Source: a bacterium (GTDB lineage: Bacteria; Hinthialibacterota; Hinthialibacteria; Hinthialibacterales; Hinthialibacteraceae). Taken from it: a DNA stretch of 64,000 bases. Of this stretch, positions 1-11,207 are shown one piece after another; the stretch's first letter is position 1, and each line of letters starts with the position of its first letter. The stretch covers positions 1,408,001 to 1,472,000 of the forward strand of contig CAXXMV010000008.1 of assembly GCA_963662285.2 (NCBI GenBank). The letters run 5' to 3'. The notes beneath the pieces are model-generated. The model searched no databases and was not told where the DNA came from. It saw only the letters and a program-made list of their open reading frames with translations. Made by a program: the position numbers and the translations under genes.

Positions 1-1292
1 GGGATCAAATTAACCAAAGTGCTCTTCCCCGCCCCGCTGGGACCAACCAAAGCAATCTGCTGGCCCTTTTTGGCGGTGAAGGAAATATTCTTTAATACAT
101 CCTCTTCACCATCATAAGAGAAACTTACATTATCAAAACGGATTTCATTATCAAATGAATTCAATGTCTTGGCGTCTTCTATTTGCGGAAGAGATGCATC
201 GGTATTAAGCGCATCAAAGATGCGCTCCGCCGCCGCGATGCCGTGTTGGATCTGTTGGATAGCACGCTCAATGCGTTTGATGGGTTGATACAAAAGAACC
301 AGTGCGGCGACGTAAGTCACAAAATCGCCGCCGTTGATGGCGATGTCGCCTTCCCCGGATTTAAACATAATCAGCGCCGCCAGAATCACTACGCTGCATA
401 CCGCGAATATACCCAGGAACTCATTGATGGGAGACGAGGCGCCCATGGCCCGCGCCATCGACATGCTGGCGTCGAATACGCCCCGCGTCTCGTGCTCGAT
501 GATTTTGCGCTGCCGGGGGTACATGCTATAACCCTGGATCAGACGGATGGCGCTGAAATGCTCTTGCAGAAAGGCCCCCAGACGCGCCGTAATATCCTGC
601 GCCTTGCGCCCGGCCTTGCGGTTCTTACGCGCAAAAAAGCGTATAGTTATAAAGATAAACGGGAATATCAAAGCATATAATAAGGTGAGTTGCCACTGCA
701 TCCACACCAGAAAAACCAGCGTGCCCAGCAGCATAACCGGATCAAGCATTAACCTTCCGAAAACATAAAAAACCGTCATCCCGACAACGCGCGTATCAGC
801 GGTGAAATAGGATATCAGATAACCCACTTTTTGTTTGGTATAGTAGGCCGCATTGAAGTTCAGCATGTGATCGAATAATTCACGCTGAATATCGAGTATG
901 ACGCGGTTGCCGATCCACTGCACCATATAGGTATTGATATATTGAAAGATGCCTTTAATAAAAACCGTGAAAAGAATTAACACGCAGATAAAGCAGAGCG
1001 TCAATAATATATTACTCTCCGCCGACTCCGCAATCAGACTGAATAACCAATTTTTTACTGCATAAATATAACCAACCATACCACCCAAACGACCATCGGG
1101 CGGTGGAATCTTACCTTCTTTATCAAAAATAATTTCAAACACCGGCTTAAGGAAGATGGCCAGCATCAGGGTAGATAATGAAATGGCGATGCTACACCCG
1201 ATAACATAAAACAGACGGGTCTTGTACCGCAATCCATAAGCGGCGAATTGGATGAAAATATCATTCTTACTACGTTTGTTTGCTGTGTTCAT
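1..1292 (-). CDS. ABC exporter, fused permease/ATPase (MsbA-like), truncated at the window edge
   Basis: Manual translation from ATG at 1292 (MNTANKRSKNDIF...). Several TM helices, then LYQPIKRI...AAAERIF and Walker A GPSGAGKST at the edge. Absent from the ORF track because it runs off the window. Confidence 0.9.
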   Translation of the reverse strand, partial: MNTANKRSKNDIFIQFAAYGLRYKTRLFYVIGCSIAISLSTLMLAIFLKPVFEIIFDKEGKIPPPDGRLGGMVGYIYAVKNWLFSLIAESAESNILLTLCFICVLILFTVFIKGIFQYINTYMVQWIGNRVILDIQRELFDHMLNFNAAYYTKQKVGYLISYFTADTRVVGMTVFYVFGRLMLDPVMLLGTLVFLVWMQWQLTLLYALIFPFIFITIRFFARKNRKAGRKAQDITARLGAFLQEHFSAIRLIQGYSMYPRQRKIIEHETRGVFDASMSMARAMGASSPINEFLGIFAVCSVVILAALIMFKSGEGDIAINGGDFVTYVAALVLLYQPIKRIERAIQQIQHGIAAAERIFDALNTDASLPQIEDAKTLNSFDNEIRFDNVSFSYDGEEDVLKNISFTAKKGQQIALVGPSGAGKSTLVNLI

Positions 1293-1395
1293 GGTTATTA
1301 TTTAGCTGGCAAATTGAAATTAAGACTAGTACTCTAGTACTCTTACCACTAACAAATATTAGTTATATTTACGGATTGAGGATAAGACCAATAAC

Positions 1396-1594
1396 GGGTG
1401 CCAAGGGCAGTGTATTTTCTGCCCTTGATTGAGTTAACCTCATTTATTCCCATAGTTCTTATCAACAATTCACGTTGAATACAGAATCAAATACAATTTA
1501 TTGTACGTGTGGTTGGATTATAAAGAATTTAAGGATTATTTCGTTTTTATAAAGTTTTCAGTCAAGAGCAGAAAGGACGCTGCCCTTGGCACCC
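1396..1594. repeat. ~200-bp dispersed REPIN/MITE-like element, copy 1
   Basis: 37-bp terminal inverted repeats (GGGTGCCAAGGGCAGTGTATTTTCTGCCCTTGATTGA ... TCAGTCAAGAGCAGAAAGGACGCTGCCCTTGGCACCC). Homologous copy at 43702-43899. Confidence 0.9.
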
Positions 1595-1624
1595 TTATAT
1601 CTTTATTCACCACAATGAATTCTC

Positions 1625-1657
1625 GTAGGATGGGATAAAGCGAAAGCGCGTCCCATC
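1625..1657 (+). repeat. GTAG-type REP palindrome
   Basis: GTAG followed by the hairpin GATGGGA...TCCCATC. Confidence 0.6.
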
Positions 1658-1800
1658 TTTTCTTCCTGATAGATTCAATATTGGTAATCAAAACCACAAA
1701 TTATCTTACCTGAAATATAGCGCAATGGAAATAGCGCAATGCCGTATAAACGACATTGCGCTTGAGGAATCAAATGGTTAACCAATCATATATTCAGAAA

Positions 1801-3264
1801 TTAGAATGCGGACTTATGAAGGGTTTCGAGGAAATCTTTATTGCTCTTGGTTTTGCGCATACGCTCAATCAAGAGTTCGACCGCCTCACTGACGTTCATC
1901 TCGTTGAGCACTTTACGCAGCAACCAGACGCGTTCCAGATCAGCCGGTTCCAGCAATAGTTCTTCTTTACGGGTCTTGGAACGGTTGATATCAATGGCTG
2001 GATAGATGCGCCGTTCGGCCAATTTACGGTCAAGATGCAGTTCCAGGTTACCGGTACCCTTAAATTCTTCGTAAATAACGTCATCCATCCGGCTGCCGGT
2101 GTCGATCAACGCAGTAGCCACGATAGAGAGGCTGCCGCCTTCTTCGATGTTACGGGCCGCGCCGTAAAAGCGCTTAGGTGGAATAAGGGCGCTGGAATCG
2201 ATACCGCCGGAAAGTATCTTGCCGCTGTGCGGCGCCGTCTGGTTATAAGCCCGCGCCAGACGCGTAATACTATCGAGCAGGATAACTACGTCATGACGGT
2301 ATTCGACCAGACGCTTGGCCTTTTCGATAACCATCTCCGCAACCTGGATATGCCGCTCCGGCGGTTCATCAAAAGTCGAAGATATAACTTCGCCCTTAAC
2401 CGTGCGCTTCATCTCGGTAACTTCTTCAGGCCGCTCGTCAATCAGCATAACGATCAGGGCTACGTCCGGATGATTGGTGGCGATGCTATTGGCGATTTCC
2501 TGCAGCAGCATAGTCTTACCGGAGTTAGGCGGCGCCACGATCAAGGCGCGCTGTCCCAGACCCATGGGCGTGATAAAATCTATAATTCGCGCCGAAAGAT
2601 GCTCCGGAGTAGTTTCTAGTTTGATGCGTTGATTAGGAAAGAGCGGAGTCAGATTGTCATAAAAGATTTTGTCTTTGGCCGCTTCAGGCTCTTCGCCATT
2701 AATTGAAGTAACTTTCAACAAAGCGAAATAGCGCTCGCCCTCTTTAGGAGGACGGATAACGCCAGTCACGGTATCGCCCTTACGTAAACCAAAGCGCCTG
2801 ATTTGAGATGGCGATACATAAATATCGTCCGGTCCGGGAAGGTAGCAATAATCTGCGCTGCGCAAGAATCCAAAGCCTTCAGGCAAGGCTTCCAGTACGC
2901 CGGAGCCTTCCATCTCGCTATTGTCTTCCGGTTCCTCTTTAGCTGAATGTTCGAGGATCTTATAAATCAGTTCCTGCTTACGCAGACCGCTGATTCCTTC
3001 CAAGTTAATCTCATGAGCTAATTTAATCAGTTCAGCGATGGTGTTTTTCTTAAGAACTTCCATCTCTAACTTTGGTTTACGGGTATGCGTAGTACTTCTA
3101 CTCGATGCTGCTCCGTTGGAGTTAGCCGGATTGCCATACATTTTGTTACTGCTTCTGTTGTTGTTGCTGTTTCTATCGCTGCTTCGTCCGTCGGGAGTTC
3201 CGCTTCGCCGGGTATTGGTACTACGCGGCGATCGTGGCCTTTTAAACTGTGTCTTGGTTTCCAT
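1801..3264 (-). CDS. rho: Transcription termination factor Rho
   Basis: [18 protein letters not shown], Walker [40 protein letters not shown]. Confidence 0.98.
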   Translation of the reverse strand: METKTQFKRPRSPRSTNTRRSGTPDGRSSDRNSNNNRSSNKMYGNPANSNGAASSRSTTHTRKPKLEMEVLKKNTIAELIKLAHEINLEGISGLRKQELIYKILEHSAKEEPEDNSEMEGSGVLEALPEGFGFLRSADYCYLPGPDDIYVSPSQIRRFGLRKGDTVTGVIRPPKEGERYFALLKVTSINGEEPEAAKDKIFYDNLTPLFPNQRIKLETTPEHLSARIIDFITPMGLGQRALIVAPPNSGKTMLLQEIANSIATNHPDVALIVMLIDERPEEVTEMKRTVKGEVISSTFDEPPERHIQVAEMVIEKAKRLVEYRHDVVILLDSITRLARAYNQTAPHSGKILSGGIDSSALIPPKRFYGAARNIEEGGSLSIVATALIDTGSRMDDVIYEEFKGTGNLELHLDRKLAERRIYPAIDINRSKTRKEELLLEPADLERVWLLRKVLNEMNVSEAVELLIERMRKTKSNKDFLETLHKSAF

Positions 3265-3280
3265 GATCCTCTTTAATCCT

Positions 3281-3928
3281 TTAACTTTTCATAAACTCTT
3301 CGATTTTGCATCGAAGGTCATTCAAATCTGTTTGGTTATTTATAACGGCGTCCGCCAGCCGTTTCTTTTCTGCTTCAGTCATCTGCGCCGCCTGACGGCG
3401 GTCAAAATCACCAGAGGCCGCATTTCGCGCCTCCTCAAATCTTTTACGGCGTACATCTTCTGGAGCGGCAATCACCAGCACGGCGTCAAACCGGTTGGAA
3501 ACATTCCATTCAAAAATCAGCGCCGCATCCACTACCAGCGGCCCCGGTTCATCCGAAGCGCGGAACTGCTGGATTTCATGCTCAATCTGCTGCAACAAAG
3601 CGGGATGAACAATATCATTAAGACGTTGTAGACATTCAGGCGCTTGAAAGACTATGGCGCCCAATTTTTTCCGCTCTATTTCCCCTTCAGCATTCAAAAT
3701 CGATGAGCCAAACTCGCTGATTAAATTATCAAATACAGGGGAATTACGCTTTAACAATCCATGTCCAATGCAATCGGCATCCACGATGCGGGCGCCGCAA
3801 TCTTGCATAATCCGGGCGACCGCCGATTTCCCGGCGCCGGGATTGCCGGTTAATCCGATAACTTTACGCTGCGGCGCAATATCCCGCGAACCGATGGCGC
3901 TTAATGTAATAATATCATCTTGGCTCAT
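3281..3928 (-). CDS. coaE: Dephospho-CoA kinase
   Basis: [31 protein letters not shown]; directly downstream of polA. Confidence 0.93.
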   Translation of the reverse strand: MSQDDIITLSAIGSRDIAPQRKVIGLTGNPGAGKSAVARIMQDCGARIVDADCIGHGLLKRNSPVFDNLISEFGSSILNAEGEIERKKLGAIVFQAPECLQRLNDIVHPALLQQIEHEIQQFRASDEPGPLVVDAALIFEWNVSNRFDAVLVIAAPEDVRRKRFEEARNAASGDFDRRQAAQMTEAEKKRLADAVINNQTDLNDLRCKIEEFMKS

Positions 3929-3931
3929 TTA

Positions 3932-6604
3932 TTATTTCAAATCCGCCCAGTTAGTTCCAATAATGGTTTCCACCGGCGTCGGGACGGAAAATTCCAAAGC
4001 TGTTTCCATTCTTTTACGGCATCGTTGGCAAATCTCTTCGGCGCGGTCTTCCCGTACTTCCAGAACAAGTTCGTCATGCACAGTTAAAAGTATCGATGCG
4101 ATATCAGATTCTTGTTTTAATTCATGGTGCACGTCAATAATCGCCTTCTTCATCAAATCGGCGGCGGAACCTTGGATGGGAGCATTGATAGCGGCGCGGC
4201 GCGCATTGTCTTGAATCATGCGGTTGCTATCCCGTATGCCTGGAGTTGGAATTCGCCGACCATGAACCGTCTTAACATATAGATGCTCCTGAGCGAAGAC
4301 AGTAGTATTATCCATATAGGTCTGAACCAGCGGGTAACGTAAAAAATATGTTTCAATATATGAAGTTGCTTCTTTATTATCTATATCCAACCGCTTGGCC
4401 AAACCATAGGGAGACATCCCATAGTTCAAACCGAAATTAATCTCCTTGGCTTTTCTCCGCATATCGGCAGTTACCTGATCTATCGGCACGCCGAATATTT
4501 CCGCCCCGGTACGGGAATGAATATCTTCACCTTGGGTAAAGGCGCTTAATAATCCCGGATCTTTTGTAATATGAGCCAGGATGCGTAATTCAACCTGTGA
4601 ATAATCCAGCGATATCAAAACGCAGCCTTCTGCGGCAACAAACGCACGACGAACCCGCCTTCCGAGTTCGGAGCGAATAGGAATATTTTGCAGATTGGGA
4701 TCGCTGCTAGAAATTCTCCCTGTATTAACAACCGCTTGATTGTATGTCGTGTGTACGCGTCCCGTATCCTTACGGATCAGTTTTTGCAGCGCATCAAGGT
4801 ATGTAGATTTGATTTTTTGCCGATGCCGGTAATCCAGTATCTGGCGGGCAACCTCAACTCCATCCGCCGCCAGCTTTTCCAGGATATCAGCGCGAGTGGA
4901 TCTCTTGCGCCCACTCAAAAGCTTAAGATCATCATACAGGATTTGCGCCAATTGCGAAGGGGAGTTGATATTAAATTCACGTCCGGTTGACTTGAAGATA
5001 TCACCGACCAAAACAGCCATTTCAGATTCCATCTGATCCGATTGCTCTTTCAATACGGACGGATCAACCAGGATGCCCTTCCTTTCAATAGCGGCTAATA
5101 TGGAAATCAATGGAATTTCAATCTCGTTATATAGAAAATCCATCTGGTATTCTTTTATCGCCAAACTTAGAATATTCTTAAGTTGCAACGCTGCGTCGCT
5201 ATCTTCACATGCATAGGGAGAAACAATGTCAATATCGATATCAGCCATGCATTTTTGATCGCGCCCGGTTCCGATCAATTCAGTTATGGGGGTCATCGCC
5301 ATACCCAATTCATCTCTCGCCAGATCGTCAAGTTTTCTGCCGCCTCTATATGGTTGTGCAATATAAGACGCAATCAAAGAATCGTCTCGTATACCGCGAA
5401 GATCGAAACCTTCGTTAATCAGAATATGCAGATCGTATTTCAGGTTATGCCCCGTCTTGCCGATCTCATCGGATTCAATAATTTTCCGCAGCAGCGCATA
5501 GGCCTCTTCGCGGGGCAGGTTGCCTGTTTGATTATGGCCAACCGGTATATACCAGGCCTGATGATCTTCAACGCTGATCGACATCCCCACCATCCGGGCG
5601 TCTAATATATTAAGGGACGTTGTTTCAGTATCTATAGCGCAACTGCCTTTTTGCATTACGCAATCAACTACTTGTTCTAATTGTTTTAGCGTAGAGACCG
5701 TCACATAATTGGCCTCTACTTTTTTCACCTCTTTTATTACGCCATCGTCCAGCTTTAATTCATTGGCGAATCCCTTAAAATCCAACTCTTCATAAATCGC
5801 CAGTAAATCATTTTTATCGACTGGCTTCATACGGGTGAAACCTACGGAAATATCAATCGGCGCATCGGTCGCCAAAAGGACCAGGTCGCGTGATTGAAAA
5901 GCGGCTTCTTTATTATTACTAATATTTTCCTGCCGCTTCTTGCCTTTGATTTCATCTACATGTTCATAAATAGCTTCCAATGTTCCGTATTGCTGAATCA
6001 AGGCAATAGCGGTTTTTTCTCCCACGCCGGGAACTCCGGGGATATTGTCGCTGGCGTCTCCCATCAGAGCGAACACATCAGCAATCTGCTCTGGCGCTAC
6101 GCCGTATCGTTCTTTTACTTCTTCGACGCCATAAACTTTAGTTTTTCCCATAGGCGCCAGGCGGAGGATGCGAACTGATGAACTCACCAGTTGGAACAGG
6201 TCTTTGTCGCTGGAAACGATCATTACATCATTTCCCTGCTCCGCTAGATGCATCGCCATAGTTCCGATAAGGTCGTCGGCTTCATACCCAGGCAGTTCAA
6301 CCTGTGAGATGCCCAGTTTTTCTGTAACTTTTTTTATATAAGGTATTTGCGCAATTAACTCATCCGGTGGTTTTAATCGGTTGGCTTTATAATCCTTAAA
6401 GACCTTATGCCTGAACGTCGGTTGAGGAAGATCAAAAGCCACTATCATATCGGTGGGCTTATAATCCTTCATAACAGTCCGTAAAGTATTGATATAACCG
6501 AACACAGCATTAGTAGCCATGCCATCCGAACGACGCATATCCCGTATCGCATGAAAGGCGCGAAAAAAAATTGAACTTCCGTCGATTAGTAGAATTTCAC
6601 TCAT
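3932..6604 (-). CDS. polA: DNA polymerase I
   Basis: 5'-3' exonuclease (LIDGSS, YEADD, GDASDNIPGVPGVGEKTA), 3'-5' exonuclease DTET, polymerase motifs DYSQVELR, AKEINFGLNYG, VHDEL. Confidence 0.99.
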   Translation of the reverse strand: MSEILLIDGSSIFFRAFHAIRDMRRSDGMATNAVFGYINTLRTVMKDYKPTDMIVAFDLPQPTFRHKVFKDYKANRLKPPDELIAQIPYIKKVTEKLGISQVELPGYEADDLIGTMAMHLAEQGNDVMIVSSDKDLFQLVSSSVRILRLAPMGKTKVYGVEEVKERYGVAPEQIADVFALMGDASDNIPGVPGVGEKTAIALIQQYGTLEAIYEHVDEIKGKKRQENISNNKEAAFQSRDLVLLATDAPIDISVGFTRMKPVDKNDLLAIYEELDFKGFANELKLDDGVIKEVKKVEANYVTVSTLKQLEQVVDCVMQKGSCAIDTETTSLNILDARMVGMSISVEDHQAWYIPVGHNQTGNLPREEAYALLRKIIESDEIGKTGHNLKYDLHILINEGFDLRGIRDDSLIASYIAQPYRGGRKLDDLARDELGMAMTPITELIGTGRDQKCMADIDIDIVSPYACEDSDAALQLKNILSLAIKEYQMDFLYNEIEIPLISILAAIERKGILVDPSVLKEQSDQMESEMAVLVGDIFKSTGREFNINSPSQLAQILYDDLKLLSGRKRSTRADILEKLAADGVEVARQILDYRHRQKIKSTYLDALQKLIRKDTGRVHTTYNQAVVNTGRISSSDPNLQNIPIRSELGRRVRRAFVAAEGCVLISLDYSQVELRILAHITKDPGLLSAFTQGEDIHSRTGAEIFGVPIDQVTADMRRKAKEINFGLNYGMSPYGLAKRLDIDNKEATSYIETYFLRYPLVQTYMDNTTVFAQEHLYVKTVHGRRIPTPGIRDSNRMIQDNARRAAINAPIQGSAADLMKKAIIDVHHELKQESDIASILLTVHDELVLEVREDRAEEICQRCRKRMETALEFSVPTPVETIIGTNWADLK

Positions 6605-6946
6605 GCTTTGTATTTCTAGGTGGAAAATGATTCAAGTTAGTTAATGTTAGAGTGATTTGCAATATTTGAATTTGGATTAAAGTAATCCATAAAAAAGTTG
6701 TTCAGAATCGATTACATCAGAATCGTATCAAAACAAATTAATTTCATCAAATTAATCAACTACCCATTCACAGCAAAGTCCATTCTTCAGTTTTGACTTA
6801 TGAAACCGGGAAATGGAACAAAAAATAATAATTACATGAAACAATACTCAAAAATATGTTCGTTTATTTGAACGCCTGTTTTTGTAAAATCCAATCATTC
6901 AATCTTGGCGTGAGATTGAATAATATAGATATTATGAAAACCAGCC

Positions 6947-7054
6947 TAGAGATATTTTAGAACTAAAGTGCATCAAAGCAGTCGTTCAAAGCCCACAACA
7001 GACGAGACGCGAAGCAAGCCTACGGATAGGCATATACGTTTGATTATCGCTATA
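6947..7054. repeat. Degenerate TAGAG...CGCTATA MITE-like element
   Basis: Termini resemble the ~114-bp family. Abuts a second TATAGCG-starting element at 7053 with a GCACGCC...GGCGTGC inverted repeat. Confidence 0.4.
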
Positions 7055-7603
7055 TAGCGCACGCCAAGTAAATCTTTTGATGAAAAAGTACAACCCTAAC
7101 AGTAGAAAAACATCAAATGATTGTCATGAAATAACTTGGGGATTATCCTCAATTAGGCGTGCCGGAAGCAAATCGTTAAGATCAACTGATATTAATTATA
7201 TTCATTTCTTATTAAGAAACAAGGATTTTCTTGTAATTAATCATTTTTTTTTGAATATATTTTAAACTCATTTTACCGATTTATTAAACAAGGCGCAATC
7301 AACCCAATAATCCGAACCTAAAGACGCCTCTCCATTCAGCTGAACTGTAAAACATAGCAGTAGTTATTGTATACTGTTTAAAAAGAGTTGCGATATTTGA
7401 GATTAAGGTTATCAGAAAGATAAAATTTTGTCATAATTAGAGAGATTATCAAAAAAGTATATTCGATGCCAAATAAAATATTTTTTCCCGAAGCGACCAT
7501 TCGTGTTTCAGGAGCGCTATTCAAGAAAGTGATAATGCATATTGCGGTTAAATACTGAAACTCATAAAATCTCTTTATAATTGGAGAGAATGGTGCCACA
7601 TAA

Positions 7604-8587
7604 ATGAATGAATCATTATTTAGTTCTCTATCTAAAGAAGCAGTAAGCATCAAGAAAAGCACGGTGGTGATGCGCGAAGGAGAAGTCGGTCAATGCGCAT
7701 ATTTCGTAGTGCAGGGGCGTTTATTGGTCGAAAAGGAAATTGATGGAGAAAGCGTCCCCATAGCGGAAATCGGCCCACGGGATATGGTGGGTGAAATGGC
7801 GATTCTTGATGACGCTCCCCGTTCCGCATCGGTTATCGCAATGGAAGACAGCATCTTAATCGTACTCAACAAACATCGCATCCGTTCATTGATTCGACGT
7901 TCACCGGCTGTGGCCGAGGTCATCATGAAACTGCTGTGTCATAAACTGCGCAGTAGACATTTCTCTCTAAGTCAATCCCACCAACTCAATGATCCCGACA
8001 TTTGGCGTAAAACAACCACCATTCTCCTGCTGTGCGCCAAGGGAGACGACAATCCCGCGTCATTATATTTACAGTTCATTCAGAACCTGGAATACCTATT
8101 GGAATTACCTCCGGTTGTAATAAAAGATATCCTGACGCGACTTGAAGAGGCGGGCATAATTGAGACGCAAAAACAGAAAACTCTATGCATCAATGAAGAG
8201 AAATTAAAGATTTTTCAGGTTTTAAGCACTGAAGAGTACGCCAATATCCCTTTAAGGTCATTTACTTCAGCTAAGGAATATCATACGGCTCAGATACTAC
8301 TGCAAGTCTTTCCCAATGACTCAGGAGGAGAAGAATTAATCGAAATAGATAAAAAAGACCTAGTACAGGCGCTGGCTGGTTCCCCTTTATGGAAAGAATT
8401 GAGACCGCACTATCAGGAGCAACGTTCCCGCGCCATTTTAGACCATCTTGTTGCGCGGAAAATTATCTCTCAAAGCCCCGCATCCAAGGAAGTACTGCAA
8501 ATCACGCCGAGCATCCTTCAACAAGTGGAAGTCCCTCAGGAAATTATCATAACTTACGAGTCGCTTAAGAGATTATTGATTAAATAA
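7604..8587 (+). CDS. Cyclic-nucleotide-binding (Crp/Fnr-like) protein with long C-terminal region
   Basis: cNMP domain motifs REGEVG..AYFVVQG, GEMAIL, RSASV. Confidence 0.85.
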   Translation: MNESLFSSLSKEAVSIKKSTVVMREGEVGQCAYFVVQGRLLVEKEIDGESVPIAEIGPRDMVGEMAILDDAPRSASVIAMEDSILIVLNKHRIRSLIRRSPAVAEVIMKLLCHKLRSRHFSLSQSHQLNDPDIWRKTTTILLLCAKGDDNPASLYLQFIQNLEYLLELPPVVIKDILTRLEEAGIIETQKQKTLCINEEKLKIFQVLSTEEYANIPLRSFTSAKEYHTAQILLQVFPNDSGGEELIEIDKKDLVQALAGSPLWKELRPHYQEQRSRAILDHLVARKIISQSPASKEVLQITPSILQQVEVPQEIIITYESLKRLLIK

Positions 8588-8609
8588 GCCCTATCGACTG
8601 CTATTCCGC

Positions 8610-9206
8610 TTATTTATTCAGAAAACTCTGTTGAGAATAAGTGATATCACCTGGAGACATAAGCCCATTGGAAGCATCCCACGGCGGCGCTAACCACTGT
8701 CTATCCAACACATTAATTAATGCCTGATCAGGACCGGCGCTGCACAATCTCCACAACGAACCGCCAAAAAGACGCTTCCAGACCGGAGAAGGATTGCTCA
8801 CTCCTCCATTGAAATATATCGTCGTATAATCATAGGCTAATTTCCCCCCGGTTTTGCCTCCCACAAAGTGCGATCCAGAGAGCATCTCAATCACATCTTT
8901 GGCTTGAAATACATCCGGCAACACCACGCTCATATAAGAAATTGGAGTGGTAAGCCGCGAGAGACAGGAAGACCATCCGTGGTCGCCTGATGGACATGGT
9001 TTATCCCAGGGAGCGGAATTATTGTCAAGAATATATATTTCGATAGCGGTTCCATTAGAACGGAAATCTCCCATCACTCTTGCGACCTTGGCGCGCAACT
9101 GCGCATTGAGGAAATTCGGCACGGCTATAGCCGCCAGGATGCCGATAATCGCCACCACGATCAGCAATTCTATGAGCGTAAAAGAATAGCGCCATTTATT
9201 CTGCAT
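8610..9206 (-). CDS. Prepilin-type N-terminal cleavage/methylation domain protein (pseudopilin-like)
   Basis: SFTLIELLIVVAIIGILAAIAVPNF class III signal; C-terminal SAGPD...WDASNGLMSPGDI motif. Confidence 0.92.
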   Translation of the reverse strand: MQNKWRYSFTLIELLIVVAIIGILAAIAVPNFLNAQLRAKVARVMGDFRSNGTAIEIYILDNNSAPWDKPCPSGDHGWSSCLSRLTTPISYMSVVLPDVFQAKDVIEMLSGSHFVGGKTGGKLAYDYTTIYFNGGVSNPSPVWKRLFGGSLWRLCSAGPDQALINVLDRQWLAPPWDASNGLMSPGDITYSQQSFLNK

Positions 9207-9344
9207 TATGAATCAACCTTCCCAAAAACATCTTTAATAAGAAAAAGTCTACCAGTTTTTCAGCAATAATAAACGCCTTTAAAAACGCTCTACCAGCGGC
9301 CAAGGATGAGAGGGAATTATCACATCCTCTACTCCAACTAATAA

Positions 9345-10955
9345 CTACAAAATCGAGGCGCCGGAAACAGGACGGCAACGCTCAATCCACGGTACTTCAG
9401 CGCGCCATTTTGACATTTCCTGCTTCAACTTATCCACCACCTGTGATGTCGCATCACATCGAGTTAAGACCAAAATCGCCCCTCCCAATCCGGCGCCGGT
9501 TAATCCAGCGCCAAAGACGCCATCTAATTTTTTGCAGAAATCCACCATACGGTCAATTTCCGGGACGCTGCAACGATACCCGCCCGGTTGATAGGCCAGT
9601 TGCAGATTATCATCATCAGGAGATTGCAGCGCTTTTTGAGCCAATTCATCTAAATAAGCATTATCATAAGGATTGCGAAAAGGACTGGATACACCGTCAT
9701 TCCAAAGAGACACTCTATCTCCGTCATGAGAGATATACATGAAACGTCCAGCGGCGCCAATATCGCCTTTTTGTAGAAGTTGAGGAAAACGCCGCGCCCG
9801 TTCGCATTCAGCAACGCCGAAAAGAAGCGCTTCACGAACCGGAAGAGATTGCCCGCTATCTCCATAAGTATTTTGTATTCGACGCCATACTGCGGACAAA
9901 TGAGGATATTGCTGATTCAATTGAACATAACTGACCGAAACGGGAGTAGTTTTTAATGCCGTATAAAAATCACCCAGCGGCATCGCCAGATTATCGGGAG
10001 AGATATCTCTTAGATATTGCAAACGATCTACTAGATCAGGATGATTATCTTTGAATAATTCAAAGGCAACCTCATAAGCAGCGATACGCGAATTAAATTG
10101 TTCACGGGCCTGAGATGATTTTTCAGCCTGGACTCCGCTTTGAGCTATAATGATTTCGCATTCTTCAGGAAATGGAGAATATGCAGCCGTTAATGGCTTA
10201 AAACCTGTATGAGTTATATGGTTAAGGCGACCCAGAAGAATCGCCGCATGATCTCCACACCCGCCGCGCGTTCCAACATACCACTCCGCCTCACCGCAAA
10301 TCTCCGCCAATTTGAATCTATCTATATCGATATCGTCCAGTTTATTACTATGAAATAATGCCAGCATCATACCAACCACCAGAGTTGATGATGATGATAA
10401 TCCCGACTGGGGAGGAATATCCCCATAAACCATAAGATTCACGCCCCTGATTGAGGCATCTTTTAAATAATCCTGAAGTTTCAAAGCCCCTGCTTTTAAA
10501 TAATTGCCCCAGAATCCCCGTTTTAAGGTTACCGATTCGATATAATCCATCCATTGCCCTCTATGGGAAACAGGCAATTCATCACCAATGCTGAAATCAC
10601 AATCAGGATATAATGACGAAACATTCTTGGCGACTATACGATCATCATCTCTAAGAGAAAAACAGAAAAGCATCTCACGGGAAATCGATTTGTAATTACA
10701 CCAACCACCCCGGTGATCAATATGCACTCCCATCAGATTAATCCGCCCCGGAATGCGAAGAACCGCAACTTTTCTTTCATTGGGATAAACTTGCTTAAAA
10801 GCAAGCAATAATTTGATTAATCTTTGTTTGGCGGCGGAAATAATTTCCGGTCTATTTCCATAATGAATTGGCATGATATTATCGGCATTTACGCCAGACA
10901 TATCTTCGATAAAATGATCAATATCCTTGACAAATTCTGTATCCAATTTAAACAT
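9345..10955 (-). CDS. Galactokinase-like GHMP sugar kinase (divergent, long form)
   Basis: PGRINLMGVHIDH, PPQSGLSSSS, GAGLTGAGLGG. Confidence 0.85.
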   Translation of the reverse strand: MFKLDTEFVKDIDHFIEDMSGVNADNIMPIHYGNRPEIISAAKQRLIKLLLAFKQVYPNERKVAVLRIPGRINLMGVHIDHRGGWCNYKSISREMLFCFSLRDDDRIVAKNVSSLYPDCDFSIGDELPVSHRGQWMDYIESVTLKRGFWGNYLKAGALKLQDYLKDASIRGVNLMVYGDIPPQSGLSSSSTLVVGMMLALFHSNKLDDIDIDRFKLAEICGEAEWYVGTRGGCGDHAAILLGRLNHITHTGFKPLTAAYSPFPEECEIIIAQSGVQAEKSSQAREQFNSRIAAYEVAFELFKDNHPDLVDRLQYLRDISPDNLAMPLGDFYTALKTTPVSVSYVQLNQQYPHLSAVWRRIQNTYGDSGQSLPVREALLFGVAECERARRFPQLLQKGDIGAAGRFMYISHDGDRVSLWNDGVSSPFRNPYDNAYLDELAQKALQSPDDDNLQLAYQPGGYRCSVPEIDRMVDFCKKLDGVFGAGLTGAGLGGAILVLTRCDATSQVVDKLKQEMSKWRAEVPWIERCRPVSGASIL

Positions 10956-11104
10956 TAAGACCTCTCCCGCTCAATAAAATACCAATATTAAAACATTTTT
11001 AAATCAACACGGATAAAATAATATACTATTGATTATATTATTCTTAAAATATATGAAAGTTTCAATAATAGTAATATAGTCTCCAAGGGTTTTCAAGCAA
11101 TTAC

Positions 11105-11134
11105 TTGACGCTAGAATACTGTAATTGCTATAAT
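11105..11134 (+). promoter_or_regulatory. Sigma70 promoter with extended -10
   Basis: TTGACG-N18-TATAAT with TG at the extended position (TGcTATAAT), 73 nt before the ATG at 11208. Confidence 0.8.
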
Positions 11135-11207
11135 AATTATGTATAGATTCAACTTTGTATACCTTAGGGTTTAATAAAAAATCAAAAAAGAATGTCGGAG
11201 GCGAAGA

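Noticed and set aside
183-768. Plus-strand ORFs of 165, 65 and 73 aa, and similar antisense ORFs across the window
   Set aside because: Shadows of well-supported genes on the opposite strand or in another frame.
6960-7040. c-di-GMP-I riboswitch (GACGCGAAGC resembles GACGCAAAGC)
   Set aside because: No GCAAA junction, GNRA-capped P2 or P3 receptor could be built.
7077-7662. ORFs of 62 and 94 aa in the polA-cNMP spacer
   Set aside because: AT-rich, no motif, and they overlap repeat remnants or the next gene.
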